DNA from: a virus
IMG/VR virus record: IMGVR_UViG_3300027782_000032
Span: 64,001 to 128,000 of that record
Reading direction: 5' to 3' (one strand)
DNA length: 64,000 nucleotides
The notes beneath the pieces were generated by a model. The model worked only from the letters and a program-made list of their open reading frames with translations. It was not told the origin of the DNA and did not search any database. Positions 1 to 8,019 of the stretch are shown piece by piece. Each line of letters begins with the position of its first letter. Position 1 is the first letter of the stretch. Made by a program: the position numbers and the translations under genes.

Positions 1-1
1 G

Positions 2-3000
2 ACCAACCATGTCTACGTTTGACGCAAGAAGCTTTCTCTGAAGAACGCCATACTTTGGATTGTCACCAAAGACTTGCTTTAGTATTCCCTTAACATTCTT
101 CTGTTCTAGCTTTGGATTGGCGGAGTCTCCAAGTCCAGTAACTGCTTTAAATGAGTCGTATAAAGCTAGCCTGTGGTCTGACAGATTTGAAAAGCTCTTA
201 GAAGCTTCTTTCATTTCATTGTTAGAGTCGATTAACTCCTTGTAAAGATAGTTAGCGTCTCCAACCATAGGCAACCCACTTTGTTGCATAACGCTTACAG
301 GCCTGAACAAAGGAGGAAGCACTGGAACCTTGCTCATCATCCAGTCAGAAGGATGCATCTTAAGGCTCTGAGCTGTTTTAAGATAACCAAGCTTGCGCAC
401 AGCTGTGTCACGATACGACTTCTTACCTGAGGCTATCTGAGCCCTAGCTTTTATAAGCTCTTGGTCAACGTTTATCTTTTTAAGGGCTGAGCTGATTGCT
501 TCAGGTCCTTTAACACCGTTAAGCTCTTCCTTTCCAGAAAGAACGTCTCTAAACTTGTTCTCAGTAAGCCCTAGAATTCTTCTAATAGGCTCTTCCATGA
601 CTGGGTTAGGCATAGATTCGTGCAGCTTAACGTGGCTCCACATAGTGCCGCCATGACCTCCTGTTAGCCTGTTATCAAAAAGGCCATCACCAGCAGGCTT
701 CATTCCGTTTTCCCAGTCTACTGTATCTGATCTCTTAATTTCTCTATCACCGGACAGAGCGTCAACGTCTTTGTCGGTCATAGCCATAAGCTGTGTCTTA
801 GATCCATTTCTAACTGGGTTGATTCCAGCTCCTTGAAGCTGAGCCATAAACTTTCGGTAGGTCAGCGGGACCCTTGGTATAGGTAAAGACTTTCCAGTCA
901 TAAACGCTGCCCAGTAGTCGTCATTCTTCTGTCCCCTAATCGACCCAGCGTCCCTTAGAACCTCATGAGCACCATGAGATAGAAGTGCATTAACATCCAT
1001 AAGAGCCATGCGCTTGCTGCCTTCTTCTCCACCTTTTGCTGGAGTTTCCTCTGCAGTGTATCCGCTAGCTATACCGCGGCCTTGTCCTTTAGACTCTGAG
1101 GTATGGTGAAGCTTCATAAAGAACCTGTTACCAGTGAAGATGTTCTTTATCTTCTTACCTGATTCTGGGTCTTCGATGTCTTCCATGTCGCTAAGGTTGT
1201 TTTGCTTAAGCTCATTTATTGCAAACTCTGTAAGGTCATTAATGTTATCAAAGTCTTTTATAGCGTAGCGCTTTCCTGTCTTCTCAGCAACTTTTCCAAG
1301 AGCTGCCTCTACCATCTGGCTTGGATTGGTTCTAGTTATAACCCCTAGTGGATTAAGAAGTATTTCAAAAGGTCTACCTTGCGCGTCTCTAGGCATTTTA
1401 TCTTCTGGTATAACTGCAGCTATAACACCCTTATCTCCATACCTTCCAGAGAGCTTGTCACCTTCTTTCATCGGGTTAAGACTTTTAACAGTTACCGAAT
1501 ACCCCTTTTTAGTTTGAGCTATGTCAGTTACTATTCCTTCGTTCTCGTGATCCCATGTAGTTGTTGCGTTTGTAAACCCGTTACGTGATCTTCCAACCTG
1601 CTGATTATGGGCTCTTGACAGTATGTTAGCTTGTAAGATAAGTGGGTCACCTTTTCTTACAACTGTGCCAGCCTTTATAACACCGTTGTCATCCATGCCA
1701 GACAGGGCTTCCTTAGAGTACTCAGAAGGAAACAGAGTTAAAAAAGGCTTCTTTCCATGCTTTGAATCGTCGCCAAGCTCAGCCTCATGCTGGTACATAT
1801 GCTCTGACGTTAATCTCTTTGCTGCGCCTTCAGATATGACAATCGCGTCTTCAAAGTTGTATCCTTTGTAAGGTATGTACGCCGACCTTAGATTTGTACC
1901 TAAAGCAGCTGTACCTTTATCGTCAGTATAGTTAGACCTAGCCAATAGGTCTCCATTTCCAACTACATCTCCTACTTTTACGGTAGGCGTATTGTGCAAA
2001 AACGTCTTACGATTGAATGGAAGATTGTTGTAAATCTCTTTCTTATGCAGCTGTCCGTCATCACCCCTAATGTGTATCTCGTCTCCATCCACTTTTATAA
2101 CCTGTCCTGCTACGGTAGACCTTACAGCACCCATGTGGCCGCCATAAGATTCTTCATAAGACTTATCGTCTTCGTCTGGCATTCCCGATTGCACATAAGG
2201 AGATTCTGGGTTTTGAAGGGGTAGCGCCTGCGTAAGCATTCTAGCGCCCATCATAACTCTCTGGCCTTTAGTTGCGCTCTTAAGAGGAATCATGTTTGCT
2301 AAGTGGTTAAAGGAGCTTTCCATTCTTGGAAGCTCGTAGTTAACGTCTTTCCTGTCTACGTACTTGATCTTTCCGTTGACCAGTGCAGCTATCTTATTAT
2401 TGGTTTTGTCTGCCATTTGATTTGGAAAAGCTATTGCAGATCCTGCAAGCTCTTGAGGAGTTTTCCATGCGTCTTCTCCTGTATTGACGTCTCTAAAGCT
2501 ACCATAAACCTTTCCGTCTATGCCCTTACGAGAGTTGATAGCTATTCTGCTATCCACTCCAACCTTAAGAGACTCAGGAGTTAATAAAGGGTCTACAAAC
2601 CCGAAGTGAGATGGCTGCACATTACGAGCTTCTTCTGGCACTGATTGAAGAGAAGGTATACCACCCTCTCCAAGTCTACTAACCCTAGTTATCTGATTAA
2701 GCAAGTCGGCTGGGTTGACCTCTTCAAGAGGCTGACCAAGTCCGCTAGTCATAATAGCGCCATTTATCTGAGAGTCTAGAAACCCAGGAGCAAAAGAGCT
2801 TAGGTTCTTTTTAAAGCTGGCTTTCCATAGCAGCGGCCTCATTACTCTATGGGCTACCTTTACCCTTTCTGAAAATAGGTCTTCTGGCCCTATCATAGAC
2901 TGGTACGACATAGCGTCACGGTCGTCTGGATCTTGTTCTTTCCTATGAACTGCAAGCAGTTTTTTTGTAGCTGCTATGATAGAGTCTGCTGAAACATTGG

Positions 3001-3865
3001 CAAACGGGCTACCAAGTGTCCGTGAGTTAACCTCTGGGTCCATCTCCATCTTTGACATAGCCTCAATCACCGACTTCTTCCTGCTCTCAGGAGTGACTAC
3101 GTCGCCTGGCTTTGATTTAGCTATTCTGTTGAATATTTTATCAAGATGGCTTGGGTCGTCTGTATCAGCGTTGGCTTGGTATATTTCATTACCCCAAGCT
3201 TCTCTCAGCTGCTTGTCGCTAGCGCCCAAAGCCTTAAGAAGTGGAGTTATAGGAACAGAAGACTGACCGAATCCTATAGAAAAAACTCCTTTAGCTGGGT
3301 CAAGCGAGTATCTATGCGATGCGCCTTTTCCAGGCATTATGTTTGCGTGACTCTCTACGTCACCGCTATTTGTAACTCTTGTGAACACTCCAGGCTTAAG
3401 TCGCATCTGATTTGCCAGCGTGTACTCTGTGCCTTTTACTATAAACGTTCCCCTGTCTGTAAGATAAGGAACCTTGGCTAGAGTTGTTCTCTTAGAATCT
3501 AAGACCTCGCCTGTCTCATTATCTGTAAGGTTAAGAGTACCCTTTAGGCTTCTGCTAAGAGTGTTACCTTTTAAGATAGCTTCTTTCTGTGACTTAATTG
3601 ACTTAGTTTCTTCTTCGTCATTCCAGCCAACTTCAGCAATGCTTAAAGTGTGCCTTTGATTTACTAAAGGCTGAATGCCAGCTGCAGACGCTTGAACTCC
3701 TCCGAATATAGCAGCTCTAGTAGCTGCTACATCATCAAACCGACGCATGGTTGGCGGTGGCGCTACTGGCTTTAAAGGAGCCTTAGAACTAACCAAGCCG
3801 ACTGGCTTGCTTAGCGTCGGCTCTGGTATTAGGTTGTCTTCATCGTCTGAGAATATTCCAGCCAT
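2..3865 (-). CDS. rpoBC: Multisubunit DNA-directed RNA polymerase, beta-beta' fusion (3' end runs off the window)
   Basis: Absent from the ORF track, consistent with an open frame running off the left edge. My translation from ATG 3865 gives beta motifs GDKLSGRYGDKGVI, GGEEGSKRMALMDVNALLSHGA and VPLTYRKFMAQLQGAGINP, then beta' motifs DGLFDNRLTG, WMMSKVPVLPPLFRP and KYGVLQRKLLASNVDMVG at the window edge. Confidence 0.92.
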   Translation of the reverse strand, partial: MAGIFSDDEDNLIPEPTLSKPVGLVSSKAPLKPVAPPPTMRRFDDVAATRAAIFGGVQASAAGIQPLVNQRHTLSIAEVGWNDEEETKSIKSQKEAILKGNTLSRSLKGTLNLTDNETGEVLDSKRTTLAKVPYLTDRGTFIVKGTEYTLANQMRLKPGVFTRVTNSGDVESHANIMPGKGASHRYSLDPAKGVFSIGFGQSSVPITPLLKALGASDKQLREAWGNEIYQANADTDDPSHLDKIFNRIAKSKPGDVVTPESRKKSVIEAMSKMEMDPEVNSRTLGSPFANVSADSIIAATKKLLAVHRKEQDPDDRDAMSYQSMIGPEDLFSERVKVAHRVMRPLLWKASFKKNLSSFAPGFLDSQINGAIMTSGLGQPLEEVNPADLLNQITRVSRLGEGGIPSLQSVPEEARNVQPSHFGFVDPLLTPESLKVGVDSRIAINSRKGIDGKVYGSFRDVNTGEDAWKTPQELAGSAIAFPNQMADKTNNKIAALVNGKIKYVDRKDVNYELPRMESSFNHLANMIPLKSATKGQRVMMGARMLTQALPLQNPESPYVQSGMPDEDDKSYEESYGGHMGAVRSTVAGQVIKVDGDEIHIRGDDGQLHKKEIYNNLPFNRKTFLHNTPTVKVGDVVGNGDLLARSNYTDDKGTAALGTNLRSAYIPYKGYNFEDAIVISEGAAKRLTSEHMYQHEAELGDDSKHGKKPFLTLFPSEYSKEALSGMDDNGVIKAGTVVRKGDPLILQANILSRAHNQQVGRSRNGFTNATTTWDHENEGIVTDIAQTKKGYSVTVKSLNPMKEGDKLSGRYGDKGVIAAVIPEDKMPRDAQGRPFEILLNPLGVITRTNPSQMVEAALGKVAEKTGKRYAIKDFDNINDLTEFAINELKQNNLSDMEDIEDPESGKKIKNIFTGNRFFMKLHHTSESKGQGRGIASGYTAEETPAKGGEEGSKRMALMDVNALLSHGAHEVLRDAGSIRGQKNDDYWAAFMTGKSLPIPRVPLTYRKFMAQLQGAGINPVRNGSKTQLMAMTDKDVDALSGDREIKRSDTVDWENGMKPAGDGLFDNRLTGGHGGTMWSHVKLHESMPNPVMEEPIRRILGLTENKFRDVLSGKEELNGVKGPEAISSALKKINVDQELIKARAQIASGKKSYRDTAVRKLGYLKTAQSLKMHPSDWMMSKVPVLPPLFRPVSVMQQSGLPMVGDANYLYKELIDSNNEMKEASKSFSNLSDHRLALYDSFKAVTGLGDSANPKLEQKNVKGILKQVFGDNPKYGVLQRKLLASNVDMVG

Positions 3866-3866
3866 T

Positions 3867-4934
3867 TTAGGCCTCTTCTGAAAGTTGTTCGTTAACGTCG
3901 CTTTTTGGAGTTAGAGTTTTTTTCTTTTTGTTTACTTTAACAGGAACAGGTACTGAGTAAATCGGCATGCCCTCAGATTGTCTTCTAGTTAAAAACTCAT
4001 TTAAATACCTCTGATGCTCAAGTTCCTCTGGATCGTTATTCTTAGCATGAGTGTACCCTGTGTTTGTGCCGATTGCTCCAGCTCCTAAAGCTAGAGCTCC
4101 TGCTAAACCTAAATACCCAGTTGCATAAGGTTTAACAGCTGTAAAAGCTTGACTTCCTAAGTTTTTAAGATCTTCAAGTGTAGGAAGCATATAGTTTCCT
4201 ACTGCTGAGGCTCCTTCCATAGCCTTATTACCGACATAGCTAAACGCGTTTTGTAATGGGCCTGGAGGAGCTTCTGCTTTCTTTTCTTTAGTAACATGCA
4301 AACATAAGCTAGCCAACTTTTCTAAATCTTGAGCTAGTGTAGTAGACTTAGCTTCTGCTTTTTTTTGACCAAAGAACCCAGGCTTACCGGTTGCTTTAAC
4401 AGGTTCAGGCAGCCTGTTTGAATGAGCTTCTACTAAAGCCTCTCCAAACTCACGCTTAGCATCTTCTAACTCTTGAGCAGCATCTCTTTTTCTTTTTTCT
4501 CTAAATAGGTGATTAATAACTCCGTATCCTGTTCCTAGGCCAGCACCTGTAGCTGCAACTAGAGCAGGGGCATAGGCCATATTAGCCAAGTCCTCTGTTT
4601 TCCACTCTGATTGCTTTTCATTTTCTGTGTCTTTTATAGATACACCACTCCCTGGGCTAAATGGCTTATACTTACTACCCTTACCCCTTGCCTTACGCGC
4701 TTGTCTTTTTTCAACATTGTAAGAGGCTCCAGGTAAGGCCTCCTGCCCAGGAACGGGCACTTCTATAGTGTTGTTTCCAGGAGTGCCTGTACTAAACGCT
4801 TTGTTGTCTAAGCCACTATTAAAAGAGTTAAGTAGATGTTTAGTTCCAGCAATACCGCCTCCAGCAAGTAAGCTGAATAGTCCTACTCTTTTTAGGTTGT
4901 CCCATTGATTGTCGTCAAAGTATTGATCTGGCAT
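3867..4934 (-). CDS. Hypothetical protein with Gly/Ala-rich hydrophobic segments (possible virion protein)
   Basis: 355-aa ORF; stop is 1 nt from the RNAP start; several GxxxG-rich hydrophobic stretches. Function is inference. Confidence 0.7.
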   Translation of the reverse strand: MPDQYFDDNQWDNLKRVGLFSLLAGGGIAGTKHLLNSFNSGLDNKAFSTGTPGNNTIEVPVPGQEALPGASYNVEKRQARKARGKGSKYKPFSPGSGVSIKDTENEKQSEWKTEDLANMAYAPALVAATGAGLGTGYGVINHLFREKRKRDAAQELEDAKREFGEALVEAHSNRLPEPVKATGKPGFFGQKKAEAKSTTLAQDLEKLASLCLHVTKEKKAEAPPGPLQNAFSYVGNKAMEGASAVGNYMLPTLEDLKNLGSQAFTAVKPYATGYLGLAGALALGAGAIGTNTGYTHAKNNDPEELEHQRYLNEFLTRRQSEGMPIYSVPVPVKVNKKKKTLTPKSDVNEQLSEEA

Positions 4935-5288
4935 TTAAGTTCTCCTGTTAGGTGCTAACTTTCCTTGAACGTCAGCCCACTCCATGTGAATACTAAGCTT
5001 CTTATCTTCTGAAATAATCTTAGTTCTGTCTATAATTACACAAGCCCTGTTAGCAGCTAAATCTCTAATTTTAGTATACTCTTTAAGTTCTTCAGGATCG
5101 CTAAGATCAAATATCTTAACTTTAACATCATACTGAAGCGGTATATTCTCATACTCTTCTTGAGTAGTGTTTGGAGCCATTGGGCCGCCTAGTATAGGAA
5201 AACCTTGAGAGGTAGTCCCAGACAGCTGTCTATATTTAACACCTACACCACCAAGCCCAAACTGATTTAAAATACTAGAATCTCTCAT
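4935..5288 (-). CDS. Hypothetical protein
   Basis: 117-aa ORF, AGGA upstream, abuts the next gene. Confidence 0.7.
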   Translation of the reverse strand: MRDSSILNQFGLGGVGVKYRQLSGTTSQGFPILGGPMAPNTTQEEYENIPLQYDVKVKIFDLSDPEELKEYTKIRDLAANRACVIIDRTKIISEDKKLSIHMEWADVQGKLAPNRRT

Positions 5289-5299
5289 ATTAGTCCTTT

Positions 5300-6187
5300 C
5301 TAATACCTAGTAACACCTGAAATTCCTCTGTCTCGTTCTCGTCTACGTTTAGCCATCTCCGTCTGTCGTTTAATAAGTGTTGCCTGCCTATCGTACTCGT
5401 TTGTAAGCTCCTCGTTTAACATCTCTTCTCTAGATGGAATAGGAGCCTTGGTTACGTTATGCAAACCTGGTCCAACTACTTGGTTTCCTAAGTAGTACCC
5501 GCCTGCACCCGCTGCTGTAAGGCCTGCCAAGCCTACAAGAGGAATAGAGCCTAGTTGTCCAAGAATACTAAGATCAAGAGCCCTCTTCTCTGCAAAGTAC
5601 AGAGCTTGTTTTACTCGTATCTTTATCTCATCAAGGTTGAGGCCTTCATCAATGCACTTGGCCAAGAAGGCTACTTTAAACATTTGCTTATCGTCCATCG
5701 CTGCTCCTTGCTTTCCTAGAGTAGGTTTGGTAGCTGCAGTAGGGGTTACAGTACCTTTGTTTAAATCTACAGAAGCCCCACCTTTAACTGGCTTTATAGT
5801 CTGACCAGACATTGCAGTCATAGGAAGTCCAGCTAATCCTGCACTGCTAGCGCCCATTAAAGACCCAGCAAACGAAGCTGCGTCAGCAGGAGCTACTCGA
5901 TTGGCTCCTAACTGGGCAGGAGGGGCGCTTGGCCCAACTATTGGAATAGACTTGTCTATAAGTTTATTGCTAAAAGAACTATCATTTAAAGGGTATCTAG
6001 CTACTGCTTCCCTAGTCTTAGCGTGAGCTGCTGAGTTAAATATTTCTTTTGTGTAATTTCTTTTAGAGGTTAAAAGATTCTGTGTGTTTACAGGTAGCTT
6101 ACCCCAGCCGTTGTAAGGCTCAGTAGGCTGCCTTCCTGGAGCTATAGCTTCTGCGTTAATCTGAGCTTGGGTCTTAACTGGAGGCAT
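5300..6187 (-). CDS. Hypothetical protein with a C-terminal Gly-rich hydrophobic segment
   Basis: 295-aa ORF in a tightly packed operon. Confidence 0.7.
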   Translation of the reverse strand: MPPVKTQAQINAEAIAPGRQPTEPYNGWGKLPVNTQNLLTSKRNYTKEIFNSAAHAKTREAVARYPLNDSSFSNKLIDKSIPIVGPSAPPAQLGANRVAPADAASFAGSLMGASSAGLAGLPMTAMSGQTIKPVKGGASVDLNKGTVTPTAATKPTLGKQGAAMDDKQMFKVAFLAKCIDEGLNLDEIKIRVKQALYFAEKRALDLSILGQLGSIPLVGLAGLTAAGAGGYYLGNQVVGPGLHNVTKAPIPSREEMLNEELTNEYDRQATLIKRQTEMAKRRRERDRGISGVTRY

Positions 6188-6191
6188 GGTG

Positions 6192-6560
6192 TTATCCTAG
6201 TATGATTCCTGAGTTGGTTACACCCTTTGGTACGCTAGCTCCAGTTGACCAGATCTTTCGGTTGTCGTGTGCTAGCTGAGCAGCTACCTTTGGGTCTGTA
6301 GGGTCGCCCTGCTCTTTAGCTTCTTGAATACATAGCATAATGTCTCTAGCCGCTGCAATAATCTGAGTCTTCTCGTCTTGATGCTGAACTCTGGTAGACT
6401 CTTCAAACAAGGCTTTTGCTCGCCTTCTCATTACCGAGGTAGGCTCGACCTTATCAGATCCGTCTCTATTATCATGAATGTTTATGAGGCCACCTTCAGC
6501 CCAGAACTCAATCTGGTTGTATTTATATGTCTTCTTAATGATTAAAGCCGGAACGTCCAT
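6192..6560 (-). CDS. Hypothetical protein
   Basis: 122-aa ORF with a purine-rich RBS-like sequence (AAAGGGA) upstream. Confidence 0.7.
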   Translation of the reverse strand: MDVPALIIKKTYKYNQIEFWAEGGLINIHDNRDGSDKVEPTSVMRRRAKALFEESTRVQHQDEKTQIIAAARDIMLCIQEAKEQGDPTDPKVAAQLAHDNRKIWSTGASVPKGVTNSGIILG

Positions 6561-6620
6561 TTATTATCCCTTTCAGTTAAAACACAATACTACACTAATT
6601 TAAGCTTGTTGTCACTTAGC

Positions 6621-7940
6621 TTATTGACCAAAGAACCCAGGAACCACAGCTTTAAGTGCACCAGCCACAACACCAGCTCCCTGCAAAGTTCTTTGAGCCT
6701 GTGGAGTCAAGCCTACCAAAGCTCCTAATACTTTTCCACCCAAAGTAGCCTGAACATATCCAGCTCCCATGCCTATGCCAACCCTAGCTATGTCCATAGG
6801 AGTAATAAAGCCAGTGCCTCCTCCCATGCTGTTAGCTGCACTGACAACGCCCATAGTAGCTGCCTGCATATAAGGAGGAGAGAAAGGATCATTAAGAACA
6901 AGCCTATTGAAAGCGTCTACAGGCACAGGGGCTAGGCTTATTCCGCCTCCACCAAAGAAGTTAGATGACTTCTGCATCTCTTCAGATATCTCTGGCTGAA
7001 TCTGAGATAACGCTTCAGAAGCCTTAGTTATAGTTGAGTTTCCAAATATTACGTTTGGTGATGTGAAAGCTTTTATAGAGTTAGAATCCCTATCAGGATT
7101 GCTTTTAGCGTCCCAAGTGTGCATGCCTATTCCACCCATTGCAGCACCTGGAAGAGCACCTACAAGACCGCCTAGCATAGCCATTCTCTTTCTTAGCTTG
7201 CCCTTTTCAAATACTCCAGGGGCTATGTTCTCAGCTATGGTACCTGCTCCGTAGCCTAAGCCAGCAGTTAAGGCGCCACCAGCGATCATGGAAGCTAAAG
7301 GAGTAGGTCCACCTATATGGTCTGAGAACTTTGAAGGCTTAAGCATGAAGGCCTGAGCAACTGGACCAAGCACGCTAGACACCAAGGTGTCACTAGCACA
7401 CTTAACTAATATCCAAGGAGAGTTAAGGTTTGGCTTTCCAACCTTGTTGCTAACTCCTGCCTTCTCAAGAGTAGTGGAGACGTCTCCACTCTCGACAAGT
7501 ACTTTGTCAGATGTTGGACTGATCCACGCGTGCGTACGTGGTAAAAGAGCCCTAGCAACTTTTTCATAAACTTCTTTTGACGCTAAAACATAAGTATTTA
7601 CTAGGTCTGGAACGTAACTCCAAGCCAAGTCTTCAGCAATTTTATCCATCCGTTCTTGCCTCGAAATTGAAGAGGGGATAATATCCCTAGGAGCATGGAC
7701 CTTGAATGAAGTTGGAACGTGCGTTATCCCTACAAACTTTTTGTTAAGATCGGAATCTATGACAAAGTCTTCTGGCTTATCAACTAAAAGATTCCTCAAT
7801 ATTTTGTTCTTTTCATGATAGTTACGCTGATCAGACATCTGCTTGGCTCTAAGCAGCAGGTGAAGATCAGTCTTGGGATTGCGTTCTTCTTGAACTGGCA
7901 TTAGAAGGTCCTCCATCACGATAGTACCAACTCTTGGCAT
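6621..7940 (-). CDS. Hypothetical protein with multiple Gly/Ala-rich hydrophobic segments (possible virion protein)
   Basis: 439-aa ORF; contains one copy of the 14-bp palindrome in frame (SGDVST). Confidence 0.72.
   Translation of the reverse strand: MPRVGTIVMEDLLMPVQEERNPKTDLHLLLRAKQMSDQRNYHEKNKILRNLLVDKPEDFVIDSDLNKKFVGITHVPTSFKVHAPRDIIPSSISRQERMDKIAEDLAWSYVPDLVNTYVLASKEVYEKVARALLPRTHAWISPTSDKVLVESGDVSTTLEKAGVSNKVGKPNLNSPWILVKCASDTLVSSVLGPVAQAFMLKPSKFSDHIGGPTPLASMIAGGALTAGLGYGAGTIAENIAPGVFEKGKLRKRMAMLGGLVGALPGAAMGGIGMHTWDAKSNPDRDSNSIKAFTSPNVIFGNSTITKASEALSQIQPEISEEMQKSSNFFGGGGISLAPVPVDAFNRLVLNDPFSPPYMQAATMGVVSAANSMGGGTGFITPMDIARVGIGMGAGYVQATLGGKVLGALVGLTPQAQRTLQGAGVVAGALKAVVPGFFGQ
7475..7488. 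repeat. Iterated palindrome TGGAGACGTCTCCA, copy 1 (in CDS; 18-bp perfect palindrome 7473-7490)
   Basis: Read directly from the sequence. Confidence 0.95.
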
Positions 7941-8019
7941 ACCAAGCCATAGTTGGATGCCGTTTGGATGAAATTATGTTTAAGGATGGACATATTAACA
8001 AACACGGAGGTTATAACCA

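Noticed and set aside
60-3659. Short plus-strand ORFs in the ORF track
   Set aside because: They are antisense shadows of the RNAP gene with no recognisable motifs.
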